DNA from: Moniliella sp. 'wahieum'
Taxonomy: Eukaryota
Length of the DNA: 64,000 nt
Reading direction: 5' to 3'
Assembly: GCA_003971905.1 (NCBI GenBank)
Contig: RSEE01000058.1
Span: 248,001-312,000 of the forward strand
A model generated the notes under the pieces. That model was not told the DNA's origin and did not search any database. It saw only the letters and a program-made list of their open reading frames with translations. Both the position numbers and the translations under genes were made by a program. Shown piece after piece: positions 63,550-64,000 of the stretch (position 1 is the first letter of the stretch; each line of letters starts with the position of its first letter).

Positions 63550-63673
63550 CTCAAGGAAGCTTCTACCTTCAAGCTTCAAGCTACACGCACTCTAGCGTCA
63601 AGCTTTAAGCTTCAAGTCCATCAAGCTCGGAAGCGCAAAGCTTGACATGAAGCTTCTCTTAAAGCTTCAAGCA
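63550..63673. promoter_or_regulatory. Cluster of TCAAGCT(T) motifs upstream of SYP1; related cluster at 19383-19440
   Basis: Many AAGCTT/TCAAGC units; shares TCAAGCTTCAAGCTA and CTAGCGTCAAGCT with the 19.4 kb cluster. Regulatory role is inferred. Confidence 0.45.
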
Positions 63674-64000
63674 TTCTATGCCGAGAGGTGGGGTTTTATA
63701 AGTAGCCTTTGTGTTGATCTCTTCTCACCTCTCACGCGCACGGCTCCATCTGATGTTTGCCAATGAGTTAATGAGGCCATGAGGCCTGAGGGGGGCAAGT
63801 GACTAAGGCAGTTGATGACTTGTGTGTTAAATGTCACGTGTTGGACAATAGCACTCGCACTACCAACGTCCAACCCTCCACTGCGGAACCACACCGGGGC
63901 GGAACAGGCACTCGCACCATTCCGCCGGGCCTCCACCACGCGGGGCCTTTTCCTTCTTGCGAGCAAAACCCAGCGCATCCTCCAGCGAACCACACGTCCC

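Overview
Eukaryotic, GC-rich fungal DNA. Intron signals (GTRNGT...CTRAC...YAG), gene content and protein motifs suggest a basidiomycete, probably Ustilaginomycotina (inference). About 16 recognisable protein genes: sideroflexin, PRMT5/Hsl7, COQ4, a DinB-like protein, GH47 mannosidase, Ric8, aspartic protease, Ark1/Prk1 kinase, Nvj2, Pal1, MCCC2, a Mup1-like permease, ARPC1/Arc40, a zinc-finger + Zn2Cys6 factor, Rtt107/Brc1, carboxypeptidase Y and Syp1. There are also two intron-containing tRNA genes (Lys-CTT, His-GTG) and a few orphan ORFs. Nearly every gene is split by small indels, most plausibly long-read consensus errors, so gene coordinates are stitched across frames and some starts are approximate. 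A lower-GC, ~13 kb region without recognisable genes (6.3-19.3 kb) holds a solo LTR with a perfect 5-bp target-site duplication. Best leads: a candidate H/ACA guide hairpin for 18S rRNA, a recurrent TCAAGCTTCAAG intergenic motif, a DinB-fold protein with a PTS1, two atypical tRNAs, and four endocytosis/actin-patch genes within 32 kb. I cannot demonstrate a new biological system from the sequence alone; these are hypotheses to test.
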